From Octopus bimaculoides (taxonomy: Eukaryota), in assembly GCF_001194135.2 (NCBI RefSeq), contig NC_068987.1, forward strand, positions 104,687,233-104,741,803: a DNA stretch of 54,571 nucleotides, read 5' to 3'. Positions 1 to 12,506 of this stretch are shown one piece after another. The position numbers were made by a program, and so were the translations under genes. The notes beneath the pieces were generated by a model that was not told where the DNA came from, made no database searches, and saw only the letters and a list, made by a program, of their open reading frames with translations. Numbering within the stretch: the first letter of the stretch is position 1; each line of letters begins with the position of its first letter.

Positions 1-41
1 TTTAAAATTATAATACAGGGTATCTCTTAGATACCCTGTAT

Positions 42-46
<5 letters not shown>

Positions 47-91
<45 letters not shown>

Positions 92-126
92 TATATATAA
101 TATTTGCACACACACACACATACACC

Positions 127-157
<31 letters not shown>

Positions 158-358
158 CCATATATACATATCGATATATATATTGATGCACATATATACA
201 CATATGTATACTTGCACAGACACATACACACGCATATATATATGCATATATATAGATAGATTGATAGATAAATAGATAAAGATATATATATATATATACA
301 TATAGATCGATGAATAGATAGACAGATAGCTACATAGGTGTGCATGAACATGTATATA

Positions 359-410
<52 letters not shown>
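47..410. repeat. Compound microsatellite (TA)n/(CA)n/(TAGA)n/(TG)n
   Basis: Directly visible simple repeats; source of the spurious YI/HT/CV ORFs. Confidence 0.95.
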
Positions 411-411
<1 letters not shown>

Positions 412-457
412 CTCCGCATTGGTGTGCACGTGTGCGACCATGTGTATTTGTGGAGCT

Positions 458-845
458 GTTGTTGTTGTTGGCACTCCGTCGCTTACTACGTCGAGGGTTC
501 CAGTTGATCCGATCGACGGAACAGCCTGCTCGTGAAATTAACGTGCAAGTGGCTGACCACTACACAGACATATGTACCCTTAACGTAGTTCTCGGGGATA
601 TTCAGCATGACACAGTGTGACAAGGCTGGCCCTTTGAAATACAGGTACAACAGAAACAAGAAGAAAGAGTGAGAGAAAGTTGTGGTGAAAGAGTACAGCA
701 GGGTTCGCCACCATCCCCTGCCGGAACCTCGTGGAGCTTTAAGTGTTTTCGCTCAATAAACACTCACAACGCCCGGTCTGGGAATCGAAACCACGATCGT
801 ACGACCTCGAGTCCGCTGCCCTAACTACTGGGCCATTGCGCCTCC
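458..845 (-). mobile_element. Full-length tRNA-derived SINE (tRNA-Arg-like head; OR-type octopus SINE-like) with (AAC)n tail
   Basis: Minus strand starts ggaggcgcaatggcccagtagttagggcagcggactcg...ggtttcgattcc (box A, TCG anticodon-like loop, box B). The 3' ~200 nt recur at 1512-1690 and 46644-46822. Family name is from recollection of octopus OR SINEs, not a database match. Confidence 0.85.
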
Positions 846-1191
846 ATTTGTGGAGTAATGAATATGAAATTGTTAAACTGTTTAGCCGAATAGTTAGAAA
901 GTTCGCTTGTACTCATTAGACCGCGTTTCAATTCTCTTGCGTGACAGCTAGGGCAAGCGATTTTTTAAATATTTTTTTTTTTATAGTGTCCGGTCGACTC
1001 GTATAGCCTTTGAGTGAAACTGTTCGACTGAACTGTATCTGTAATTCACATGTGCAGCTTTACCACACTGTTTTACGTCGATTCTGCTTGAGAATTACAT
1101 TAGGTTAAAGATGACCGTGGGTTACTCAACCACTACTAAATTCTCATGGTTGAAGATCTTGGCCAATATCCAGTAAATATTTTCTTAGATG

Positions 1192-1241
<50 letters not shown>

Positions 1242-1511
1242 CAACTGACGGGCGGATTGATGGGTGGATGGCGGACAGACAAAAACTGATTTTCTCTAAG
1301 AAAGTTATGACTTCCAAAGTCATTTCAGGGTTATCCAGGTCGTTACCCGGTGCTGACGATTCGTAGTCAAGTTGAAATGCATTCATCCATCGACAAAGAT
1401 CGCTCTGAAATGACCGTTGATATATTATCACTTCTTGTCTAATGCAAGAATGGCATTTTGACATGCCAAATATGTGCAAAACATATTTGAACTGATCTAA
1501 AAGTTATTACC

Positions 1512-1835
1512 GGCACTCCGTCGGTTACGACGACGAGGGTTCCAGTTGATCCGATCAACGGAACAGCCTGCTCGTGAAATGAACGTGCAAGTGGCTGAGC
1601 ACTCCACAGACACGTGTACTCTTAATGTAGTTCTCAGGGAGATTCAGCGTGGCACAGAATGTGACAAGGCTGGCCCCTTTGAATTACAGGTACTACTCAT
1701 TTTTGCCAGTTGAGAGGACTGGAGTAACATGAAATAAAGTCTCTGGCTCAAGGACACAACGTATCGCTGGGAATTGAACTGACGACCTTACGATTGTGAG
1801 CCGAATGCCCTAACCACTAGGCCACACGCCTTCAC
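1512..1835 (-). mobile_element. tRNA-derived SINE with CORE-like middle and the same 3' tail as 458-845
   Basis: Head gtgaaggcgtgtggcctagtggttagggc...agttcaattcc (box A/B); middle gtgtccttgagccagagacttt resembles the CORE motif; tail nearly identical to 471-650. Confidence 0.8.
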
Positions 1836-1851
1836 TAAAAGTTATATATGC

Positions 1852-1902
<51 letters not shown>

Positions 1903-2529
1903 CATGTTTATGTGTGTATGTATCTGTACCTGTGTATGTATGTATGTAGGTATGTATGTATGTATGTATGCACGTGTGTATCTGTATGTAAATGTCTGTA
2001 TATGTATATACGTAGATATAATTATTGATTGTATCTGCAAAATACACGTTGTAATGTGTGCATCTATACCTTATATGTGTAGTTGTATGTGTACATAAAT
2101 TTCCTTAGCTCCACAAATAAATATAAATTAACTTCTAATCTTTATTTACTCCGATTGAAGCGTATTTGGATATGAGAGCAGAGGCGTTGTGTGGAGTTTG
2201 TACTAACTTAGCTAGTAACTGCTTCAACATCTTCCTGTCATCTTAGCATATATGCATCTAACTTCAGGCCGGCTCCAATTCATTCGACATCAATCCCAAT
2301 AAACCTTAAGTATCAATCACTTCTACTTCTTATACACTGATGAATCTGGATGTAGCTGTTGCTCTCCTCAAATGTAAACATTTTGCAATGTAAATTAACT
2401 TTCAAATATATATTAACATTGAAATGTGTGTGTGTGTGTGTGTGGGNNNNNNNNNNNNNNNNNNNNNNNNNNNNNNNNNNNNNNNNNNNNNNNNNNNNNN
2501 NNNNNNNNNNNNNNNNNNNNNNNNGGGGG

Positions 2530-2730
2530 GGGTAGACACATGATCATGGTATTAATTCCCAGATTAGGTGGTGCGTTGTATTCTTGAGCAAAACACTTCA
2601 TTTTACGCTGCATCAGTCCACTCGGCTGTAAATGCTTCATTCAAGGGAGATCTTGGGATGCCCGACTGGACATTTGGCCAGCAGAGTGGTATCGTTTGAA
2701 GACTGCAATAATGCAACGAAATGCATTGTT
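2530..2730 (+). mobile_element. Degenerate CORE-like SINE fragment
   Basis: gcgttgtattcttgagcaaaacacttcattttacg...cagtccactcggctgtaaatg resembles the middle of the 1512-1835 SINE. Confidence 0.45.
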
Positions 2731-4751
2731 TTCGATGCATTAATCGTTTCAAGGTGTTCCATTTCATCTCACATATATTCTGAGAGATGACGTCCAATAT
2801 TTTTCCGCGTGCACGCTTCCACTTCCGTCACGTTTTGATATCGTCACAGTACGCCATGCAGTTACCATGTTTGCTACATCAAACCGGTTTGATTCTCAAG
2901 CAGTCACTGACATCAATGATAATAAAAAATACTTTCTATTTTAGTTCAGATTCAGTTTGGTCTGAGCCATCATGAAGCTTTTCTCTGACGTTTTCCTCTG
3001 GTTTATCGTCGTTCTCAAATTCATTAAGTTGCTCTTTTTTCAACCTACCATTTTGATAAGTGGTTTGCTTAATTTTGGTTTCCCCGGTTAACGGTTTCAG
3101 TTCAGTTAAACTTTGTCCCTATTTCTCATGTGCATCTTCAAGAGATGTATGAGACGTTTTAAGATAAGTGATTTGCCGCCGTCTATTTGGCGCTACCTAT
3201 CTGACGTCACTGGTTCATTTGAAATCAGACTGTAGATGCATATTTAGTACAGCACGCTACATCTTGAACTACGTCTATCACTCTTTCATCTCAGGCTTTC
3301 ATTTATAAAAAAAAATACTTTAAAAGTATTAATGAAATTAAATCCTCTAATTAAAATACTTAATACTGACCATTTGCCCTCTGGATATTAGACATCTTAG
3401 AGTAGCAAGTCCAGTTAATTAATTTGCATTGTTAATTGCCTCAAATAAAACTTCACGAATAGCCTATCAATAAGACTAACATGATCGAGGTGTCTTTGTC
3501 ACGATGGCCAAATTTGGAACTTCCTGAAACTAATGTCTTCTGGAAATACTTTTTGATTTTTTAATGAACCTAAGTTTCAATCGTTGAAAGTCATACGGTA
3601 TCAAAATGTCCGTTGGAATACAAGTAAAAAAATAATAATAATAATGCGCCTGTGATGAGACTTGTTGATGAGACTCCTAATAATTGTCTTCATTAAGTGT
3701 TGATTAAAAGCCTATTAAAGGTGTATTCTTTTCTCTTTTCATTAATATCAATTTTATGGGATCGAATAACCCCGAATTGTCGATTGAATCTTCTTGTAAA
3801 TTCATATAATTAAAGATTCAAATAACCTTAAAAGATAATATATTGCATTTCATAAACACACAGACACACACACACATACACTCACATGGAGTGAGAGAGA
3901 TGTATTATATACGCACACATATATATGTATGTATACTGCGTGCGCGCGTGTGAGCGCACCTCAAATTACTAAGTTTTTGAAGAACTTAAAAAGAACTCAC
4001 GTGAATGAAAGTGAAAATGAATAAAGAATTGGATTCTCAATTGAATTTTTAAGGACTAATTAGATTTTTTAAAGTTTAGTCTGGAGGAAGAGTCGTGCCA
4101 TTGTATTTGCAGGCCCTCCAAGACCTCGGTGAAAGAAGCAACGCATACTGCTCTTCAATAGTTGCAGGGGGAAAATACGGACAAGGAGAAAATTTCAGGA
4201 ACTCGAAATTCTGAAGATAAGACTTTTAATAATACAAGGAACAAATAGGATCGGAGTTATGAACAAAATGGTTATTGCTAAATAGTTTGATGACTTATGA
4301 CACAGCGTATACTCTTGCACGAAAAGAAAATATCGGAGATTTGGGTTTACAGTCTGAAGAAAAGAAATCATCATAGCCGTTATTATTATTATTATTCAGG
4401 AATCCTGGAATCGAACTCGGAATTTTAGGGTTAGTAGCTCACGCTNNNNNNNNNNNNNNNNNNNNNNNNNNNNNNNNNNNNNNNNNNNNNNNNNNNNNNN
4501 NNNNNNNNNNNNNNNNNNNNNNNNNNNNNNNNNNNNNNNNNNNNNNNNNNNNNNNNNNNNNNNNNNNNNNNNNNNNNNNNNNNNNNNNNNNNNNNNNNNN
4601 NNNNNNNNNNNNNNNNNNNNNNNNNNNNNNNNNNNNNNNNNNNNNNNNNNNNNNNNNNNNNNNNNNNNNNNNNNNNNNNNNNNNNNNNNNNNNNNNNNNN
4701 NNNNNNNNNNNNNNNNNNNNNNNNATATATATATATATATATATATATATA

Positions 4752-4850
4752 CGGGGGGCTTCTTTCAGTTTCCGTCTACCAAATCCACTCACAAGGCTTT
4801 GGTCGGCCTGAGGCTATAGTAGAAGACGCTTGCCCAAGAACACCACAGCC
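4752..4850 (-). mobile_element. 5' half (CORE-like) of bipartite SINE, ending in (TA)n
   Basis: ttcagtttccgtctaccaaatccactcacaaggctttggtcggcc...tatagtagaagac.cttgcccaag also at 15808-15950, 31168-31315, 41250-41410, 44090-44240. Confidence 0.8.
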
Positions 4851-5062
4851 ACCCCTTCGCCTATATATATATATATATATATTTGATAATAAAACGTATG
4901 GTATATACATGGTAGCTAGACGAGTCGAAACAATACTAGTGATTAATAAATATTCTCGTATCTTCCATCTTCCACCTCTCTCATTAAGCAAATGTGCATA
5001 TGTGTGTGTGTAAATATATGTACTTATATATGTATACATATATATATGAGGTACTCACAGAT

Positions 5063-5205
5063 ATAAGGTACTCACAGATCTGGATGGTTGTACATTTACA
5101 GATTTTTATTAATATATCACATGTTTTTATAAATCATATTTTAGCAATTGCATCTACTAGAGTAATCTGTAAATGTACAACCATCCAGATCTCTGAGTAC
5201 CTTAT
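5063..5205. mobile_element. MITE with 42-bp terminal inverted repeats, TA-bounded (Tc1/mariner-type)
   Basis: 5063-5104 is the reverse complement of 5164-5205 with 1 mismatch; 59-bp AT-rich spacer; partial tandem copy of the left end at ~5048-5062. Confidence 0.7.
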
Positions 5206-5249
5206 GTTTTCTAATATATAATACTTGTACATCACCTCCAAACCTTCTA

Positions 5250-5374
<125 letters not shown>

Positions 5375-5879
5375 GGGTATGTCTTTGTGTGTGTTTGCAT
5401 GCAAGGTTTTGTATACAAAGTGTCTCATTTGAAACGGTTTCAACTGAGAATCGAAAACTGTCTTTGTTCATTCAAAATATATCACTATTTAATAGTTTCG
5501 TCCATCCCAAATATATTACTATTTAATGGTGCCTGACACGTCCTCATTCTTGTTCTGGTTCTTGTTGATTATGGTATTGTTGTTGTTGTTTTGCCCTACG
5601 GTCATTTTTATTGAGCAGAACTCTAATCAAAGATGTTCCACTCGTGACCAAGTCGTCTTTTTCTAATTGGAGATGCATTGTCGAAATGAATTGAGTTTTT
5701 ATTTATTAACATTGAAGACCGTAGAATATAATTTGGAAGATATTTGGTTACTATTTCTATTAGGCCAAGCGACTGCATGAAGGCTTCTCATTTGGTAATT
5801 GTACTCTATGCTGATGGAATCACAACTGTATTATTTCACTCCGATCGTATGTAGCTGCTCATTAATTCGGCATTAACAA

Positions 5880-6650
5880 TTTGTGACACTGAAGACTCTA
5901 GAACGGACAAAAGATATCAAAGTGATTGTTACACGCTGGGAAGTGCCTTGATGAGATATTTAAGCAGCTGTTGATCACATGCGTGATGATGTCTCCTACA
6001 GAAATGTAACATAAACAACAATTTTGGTTGCAACTTGGAACTCCAAGGGCTTGAACGTCTCTTTATGAACTATTCTGAAGCAATATTTTGCTTTTCGATC
6101 GCAAAGACATAGCCTTCGAAGTATGATATGATGTAGCGGTCGCAAATCCAAGAAAGACTGTAATTCATGATGATATAAGTGTCCTCTTCAAGTCTTCCAG
6201 GGACATGTCCATGAAGAGACATCTTCTTTATATTTTTGATACGCTGAGTATTTCACAACCAGGTTTTCTTTGAGGTATGTTATTCTAGCTGTTTGGGAGT
6301 TGTATCGTCAGGTGGAGACTATTTTTGAGGAGCTCACTGCTGACACATAGGATGTTGTCTTCGCTCTTCAGAACTAGGATTATATATATTTAGTCTTGGT
6401 GTTGTCTGAGAGATACAAAACGATATTTGAAGGTTGCCTGCACTGACCTCAAACCTCTATCACGTTCACCTCTTCTTAGGTAGAACCTGTTAATATTGGT
6501 GATTCTGTGAAAGTTTCCATTTGATATCACGATCTTGCAGATTTTAATGTTTGTGGAATGGATTTCCTTCACAGCCCAGACAAACATCCCAAATTTAGGT
6601 ATCAGCACTTGTACTGCAAATGTATTGGGGCATATAGTCTCGTAATAAAA
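5880..6650 (-). mobile_element. R4/Dong-like non-LTR retrotransposon fragment (post-RT thumb to CCHC knuckle), decayed
   Basis: Translation NTFAVQVLIPKFGMFVWAVKEIHSTNIKICKIVISNGNFHRITNINRFYLRRGERDRGLRS matches the R4-type RLYLxRxxGGRGL motif; downstream VGDIITHVINSC; 6090-6160 aligns with 53400-53470. Confidence 0.8.
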
Positions 6651-6657
6651 GAATGTT

Positions 6658-6702
<45 letters not shown>

Positions 6703-7248
6703 NNNNNNNNNNNNNNNNNNNNNNNNNNNNNNNNNNNNNNNNNNNNNNNNNNNNNNNNNNNNNNNNNNNNNNNNNNNNNNNNNNNNNNNNNNNNNNNNNN
6801 NNNNNNNNNNNNNNNNNNNNNNNNNNNNNNNNNNNNNNNNNNNNNNNNNNNNNNNNNNNNNNNNNNNNNNNNNNNNNNNNNNNNNNNNNNNNNNNNNNNN
6901 NNNNNNNNNNNNNNNNNNNNNNNNNNNNNNNNNNNNNNNNNNNNNNNNNNNNNNNNNNNNNNNNNNNNNNNNNNNNNNNNNNNNNNNNNNNNNNNNNNNN
7001 NNNNNNNNNNNNNNNNNNNNNNNNNNNNNNNNNNNNNNNNNNNNNNNNNNNNNNNNNNNNNNNNNNNNNNNNNNNNNNNNNNNNNNNNNNNNNNNNNNNN
7101 NNNNNNNNNNNNNNNNNNNNNNNNNNNNNNNNNNNNNNNNNNNNNNNNNNNNNNNNNNNNNNNNNNNNNNNNNNNNNNNNNNNNNNNNNNNNNNNNNNNN
7201 NNNNNNNNNNNNNNNNNNNNNNNNNNNNNNTAAAGGATCAAATATATA

Positions 7249-7282
<34 letters not shown>

Positions 7283-7284
7283 AA

Positions 7285-7324
7285 GGCGACTCGAGTTTCA
7301 GGGCTATTTCCCTTCGTCATGGCC
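7285..7324 (-). ncRNA. Minimal type I hammerhead-ribozyme-like motif (Penelope pLTR type), one core insertion
   Basis: Minus strand ggc C(a)UGACGA AGGG-aaauag-CCCU GAA ACUCGAGU C gcc: stem I 3 bp, stem II 4 bp, palindromic stem III, GUC cleavage triplet. Confidence 0.6.
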
Positions 7325-7507
7325 GGTATGACAGACTTTAACAGACTTTATATAAACATAATTAAGGGATCAGCAAGCATTTGCTTCACCATATACCGAA
7401 GTTCAGAAATAGCATCTAAGAGTTACAAGTAATGCTATCTGTTGGAGTCTCAGCTTTTTTAGCTGCTATTTCTGAACTTCGGTAATATAGTGATAGATAG
7501 ATAGATG

Positions 7508-7574
<67 letters not shown>

Positions 7575-7827
7575 GCATCCGTATATGTATGTATCATCAT
7601 CATCATCATCATCATTATCATCATCATCATCATCATCATCATCATTCAATGTTTGTTTTCCATGCTTTCATGGGCTAGACAGTTTTACAAGAGCTGGCAA
7701 TGCCAGAATCCCGCACCAGACTCCATAGTCTGTTTTAGCTTGGTCTCTACAGCTTGATGCTCTTCCTATCACCAACCAATTTATAGAATACTTTTTACAT
7801 AGCACCAGCCGTAATGCTTTTTGCATG

Positions 7828-7872
<45 letters not shown>

Positions 7873-8645
7873 NNNNNNNNNNNNNNNNNNNNNNNNNNNN
7901 NNNNNNNNNNNNNNNNNNNNNNNNNNNNNNNNNNNNNNNNNNNNNNNNNNNNNNNNNNNNNNNNNNNNNNNNNNNNNNNNNNNNNNNNNNNNNNNNNNNN
8001 NNNNNNNNNNNNNNNNNNNNNNNNNNNNNNNNNNNNNNNNNNNNNNNNNNNNNNNNNNNNNNNNNNNNNNNNNNNNNNNNNNNNNNNNNNNNNNNNNNNN
8101 NNNNNNNNNNNNNNNNNNNNNNNNNNNNNNNNNNNNNNNNNNNNNNNNNNNNNNNNNNNNNNNNNNNNNNNNNNNNNNNNNNNNNNNNNNNNNNNNNNNN
8201 NNNNNNNNNNNNNNNNNNNNNNNNNNNNNNNNNNNNNNNNNNNNNNNNNNNNNNNNNNNNNNNNNNNNNNNNNNNNNNNNNNNNNNNNNNNNNNNNNNNN
8301 NNNNNNNNNNNNNNNNNNNNNNNNNNNNNNNNNNNNNNNNNNNNNNNNNNNNNNNNNNNNNNNNNNNNNNNNNNNNNNNNNNNNNNNNNNNNNNNNNNNN
8401 NNNNNNNNNNNNNNNNNNNNNNNNNNNNNNNNNNNNNNNNNNNNNNNNNNNNNNNNNNNNNNNNNNNNNNNNNNNNNNNNNNNNNNNNNNNNNNNNNNNN
8501 NNNNNNNNNNNNNNNNNNNNNNNNNNNNNNNNNNNNNNNNNNNNNNNNNNNNNNNNNNNNNNNNNNNNNNNNNNNNNNNNNNNNNNNNNNNNNNNNNNNN
8601 NNNNNNNNNNNNNNNNNNNNNNNNNNNATATATATATATATATAG

Positions 8646-8705
8646 GATCTGACTGAAGAGAATCAGGTGCCTTAGGCACTAAGTTCGAAATCATTATGTC
8701 AGATT
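8646..8705 (+). ncRNA. Degenerate type I hammerhead-ribozyme-like motif
   Basis: gaucuga CUGAAGA gaa..gugcc-uua-ggcac..uuc GAAA ucauuau g ucagauu: 7-bp stem I and extended stem II, but position 17 is G (non-cleavable NUG). Confidence 0.5.
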
Positions 8706-9269
8706 ACCCTGACATTCCTCATGCATCCTTTGCAGAGGTAAGACGCTATTCTTATTCACTATTTTTTTTTCCTATCATACCTGTATTAATTTAATGATTC
8801 TTCTGTTGCTTAGTAGTATTTTGACTTCTATTTTTAGCGAAGCAGGTGCTTATGTAGTACCCTAGTATATATAAATATATGTATATATCTTATATATAAT
8901 TATCAATTTTGCCTATACGGCTTTTTCGCTCGCGGCCACTAACATTATCATTTTCAAGAATAATATCGTTCTTTTATATTTATATTTAGTATTTATTATT
9001 TTGGTATATTTACACCATTTGTCGACAGCGAGAATTTTTCTCCATGACAAAACACAGTGAATGGCTTTCTTTCGGGTTCGAACATGCCCCAAGCATATTT
9101 GAACTGTTTATAACCTTGTGTTCGTATATGTATACACACGGAAATAATTACATCGCCAATTGCTTCATTACACATAAGCTTTGTTTTGTGTCCTTAACTG
9201 CTCTTTCAATTCTTGCTATCACAGCTTGCGGCAGAATACGCAACACTATGAAATAGTTGTGTCTATAGT

Positions 9270-9760
9270 ATTCGATCTTGGGCTTAGAGCGTTGAAGGAA
9301 ATCACGTCGATGCCTGTCCATGCTGTGATGCCGACCTCTGCTTTTCTTTCTATTTGTTATGCTTTCCGAACAGATCTTGTTGATGCCACAATCGTTTAGC
9401 GTGGTCAAGCGGTTTGAGTATTTTCTTTTTGCTGACATAGGTGATTGGTTGTAATTTGGTTATTTTTCTTAGATCTTCGGTTCTGACATGGTCTGAGAGC
9501 TTGGTGTTAGTAAAAAGTCGAATTACATTATTCTGGAAGGCTTCCAGCTCCTGTAGTGCAACATAAGTCTAGTTCATATAAAACTATTGGAACATAGGTA
9601 TTGTAGATGCCTGATTTTTGAATAATCGAAAAATCCATAGAATTCAAAAGATCACTGTATATATGTTTCATAGACTTCACGTTTGACGGTGTAAAGCTTG
9701 CCCGTCTATGGAAATTTCTTGAAAGCACCAGAGTCAACGAGAGATACATAAACCTGCTAA
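9270..9760 (-). mobile_element. RTE-clade LINE C-terminal fragment, decayed
   Basis: Frameshifted translation ...IYNTYVPIVLY...ELEAFQNNVIRLFTNTKLSDHVRTEDLRKITKLQPITYVSKKKILKPLDHAKRL...RKKSRGR matches the RTE post-RT region. Confidence 0.7.
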
Positions 9761-10382
9761 AACTCGCAAAATTTCAATCGGACCTGGTTGGGCAACCTTT
9801 GATAAGAACAAAATTACACCTCAAAGCGAATACTATACCACATAAAATCCCGCATCTTGTTTACTGTTCTTTGCCTATTGAGGATTCGAACCTTCGACTT
9901 TCAAGAACTACTGTAACAAGGACAATGCATCCCTGTTGGAACTTACGGAGGTGTTTCCTCCATGTATCGTAAATAGTGTCATTTTGCTACACAACTGCGA
10001 ATGATCTATTTCCAGAAGCTGAAGTCGTGGGATTTAGATATGGAACACTAATGGAAGACCATACAGTCAATTGTTTAACTGTGTCGGATGGATCAAGGAT
10101 GAAATTTAGTTGACGCTAAGGAGATTTGATTTCTACATAGAGAATGTTCTGGAGTCGATTTATGTTTTATGAGCTGATGTGAAGACGATTGTATGGAGCA
10201 AAGACAGTGATAATATAGTAAATGCTGAATTAGAAGTATTAGCAACAGTAAAGAGAACTCGCGCGACCACACACATGCACACACACACGCACACACACAC
10301 TTTTACACGCATATACAAATATTGATAGGGAGAGAAAGAGGTGTAAAGATATTTGCTCACTTATTCAAATATATACATATAC

Positions 10383-10508
10383 GAGAGAGAGAGAGCAAGA
10401 GAGAAAGAGAGAGAGAGAGCAAGAGAGAAAGAGAGAGAGAGCAAGAGAGAAAGAGAGAGAGAGCAAGAGAGAAAGAGAGAGAGAGCAAGAGAGAAAGAGA
10501 GAGAGAGA
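10383..10508. repeat. Higher-order GA repeat, 22-24 bp unit (GA)n-GCAA-GAGAGAAA, about 5 copies
   Basis: GC interruptions at 10395, 10419, 10441, 10463, 10485. Confidence 0.85.
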
Positions 10509-10719
10509 AGACAGAAAGAGATACTGACGTTAAAAGTATTCTGTGAGAGCCCATAGATGGATAGCTGTTTATTTTAACTCTCAACAACTAAGAGCTGCAT
10601 AGGATTTTTACTTTATATTTTCTGTTATTTTATTTGCCATGTTATATCCATACCATTCTTCGGGCTTAATGCACGGTCAAACATTTCTTTCCGACATCAT
10701 GTTCCACATTAAACAATGT

Positions 10720-11060
10720 CTTTTCTTTTGCTAAAAGAATTCATTTTAGCTCCGTTGAACCAACAAAGTTTTAAGTGTGAAATGAGATGAAGTATCGCAA
10801 TATTGTTCTCTTGTAACAACATATACATTGGTGAATGTGTCAAGAGACGTGATGTATTTACTTGAATTGGCTTAAGAATCGATTGTTTACGATGCGCAGT
10901 GCATACTGTTGCTAGTTTAACAAGTTTTATGCAAGTGTGATCAGAGTTTTGGCGAGCATACAGATCTCGTATGCTGCTTTACATATCACGAGCTGTATAT
11001 CAACGGAGTGTTCAAACTGTTTCCTGAGATATTCTGTTGAGAGCTTTAGCTGATGACATT
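10720..11060 (-). mobile_element. Possible very decayed Gypsy/Ginger-like integrase fragment
   Basis: Translation with stops ...YTARDM*SSIRDLYARQNSDHTC...ILKPIQV...SPMYMLLQENNIAILHLISHLKLCW loosely resembles the H2C2-to-core junction; weak resemblance only. Confidence 0.25.
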
Positions 11061-12506
11061 TTTACATAATCTCTGCTTAGGCGTATTTAAATTTAGGATC
11101 ATGGAGAGTGTAACAATAACGATGATGATACTACTACTACTACTACTACCACCACCACCACTACAATTATTTCGACACATTTTTACACTAGTAGTACATT
11201 GGTGGTAATTTGGACCCTCTAAGAAAACAGTTGATAAGCACAGAAACGGTCATTTTTTATCACGTTATCACATTATTATTTCTAAACGCTTAATTTTATT
11301 CTTCCTTATAGTCTAACCACGGAGACAGAATTGAAACTTATTGGCAACTTAACAATTTTTTCTGTTTCTTTGTTTCTGTATTTTTTCTATTTTGTCTGTC
11401 ACTATATCTGGGGGTTTAGTTTTGTCTGTAAATTGCTGAAAATAGCACACTGCTTCGAGCATTCATTCTCACAATGAGTGAAATAACAGAATAATCTAAC
11501 GAAGGACTTATTTAAAAGAATCCTCCTGAAGCAGCGCATCGTACACCTTTGGTGGATTATAGTAATTACGCAATATGTTAATTATATAATCTCACCAATG
11601 CACAACACGTATAAAAATGTATCGAAACAATTGTAGGGATTGTAAATAGAGTATGTCGTTCAATCCATTTTCTTTTGCGTGTGTGTATACGCACGTGCAT
11701 GCATATATATGCATATATTTATATATACATGTATATATATAGATATATAGATATATAGATATATTTTATGTGTGTATACACATACATACATCTATATATA
11801 CATATGTATGTATTATGTAATATGTATTTATATCTGTTTACATGCATAGAAAATGGACATAAATCTATCACTATTATCACAGATAATATAGAAATCTTTT
11901 ACAAACTCATAAAGCGATAATTTATGATGTCAAAATGGAAATCCAATAATCTCTTCATGAAATATAAATTTAATTTATGGATAAATAAGAAATTCAAAGA
12001 TTCCTTTGATATTTGCATGGATATTTGCGACTCAGCTAAGGCTATCCACTGCGTTGGCTTATATATTATTCGCAAATGAAACCCTACTTTCCTGATAATA
12101 AGAGCGGACTTTATCGCGACAATGTGTTATTAACCCGAAATAATATTCACCCAAGTTGTAATGCTGCTACAAACAGACCTTGGTCGCGGTCTCAAAGCGA
12201 CGAAAATATTTTGACAAATTAAATTTAAATGTTGAAGTGTGTTTTTGTGTGTTATTTTAAATGGCTTATAAACACCTTCCACGCTGCAATTGTTTTCGTT
12301 CCAGCACACGATCTCAGATCAGGCCACTTGCTATGCAAGTACATCTCCGTAAATATTTTTCTAAATAATTGTCGAAATTCATCTTACAAATCTCACTTTC
12401 TCGTCGTTACCTTTGGATTGTCCAATTCTTTTTGTCAACCATACCACAAGCTTAATATAACATTTAATTACACGCATAGACACTGCAACTAGACCATGAA
12501 TATTAG

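Noticed and set aside
780-845. tRNA-Arg-like sequence as a functional tRNA gene
   Set aside because: No acceptor-stem closure, and it is continuous with the SINE body.
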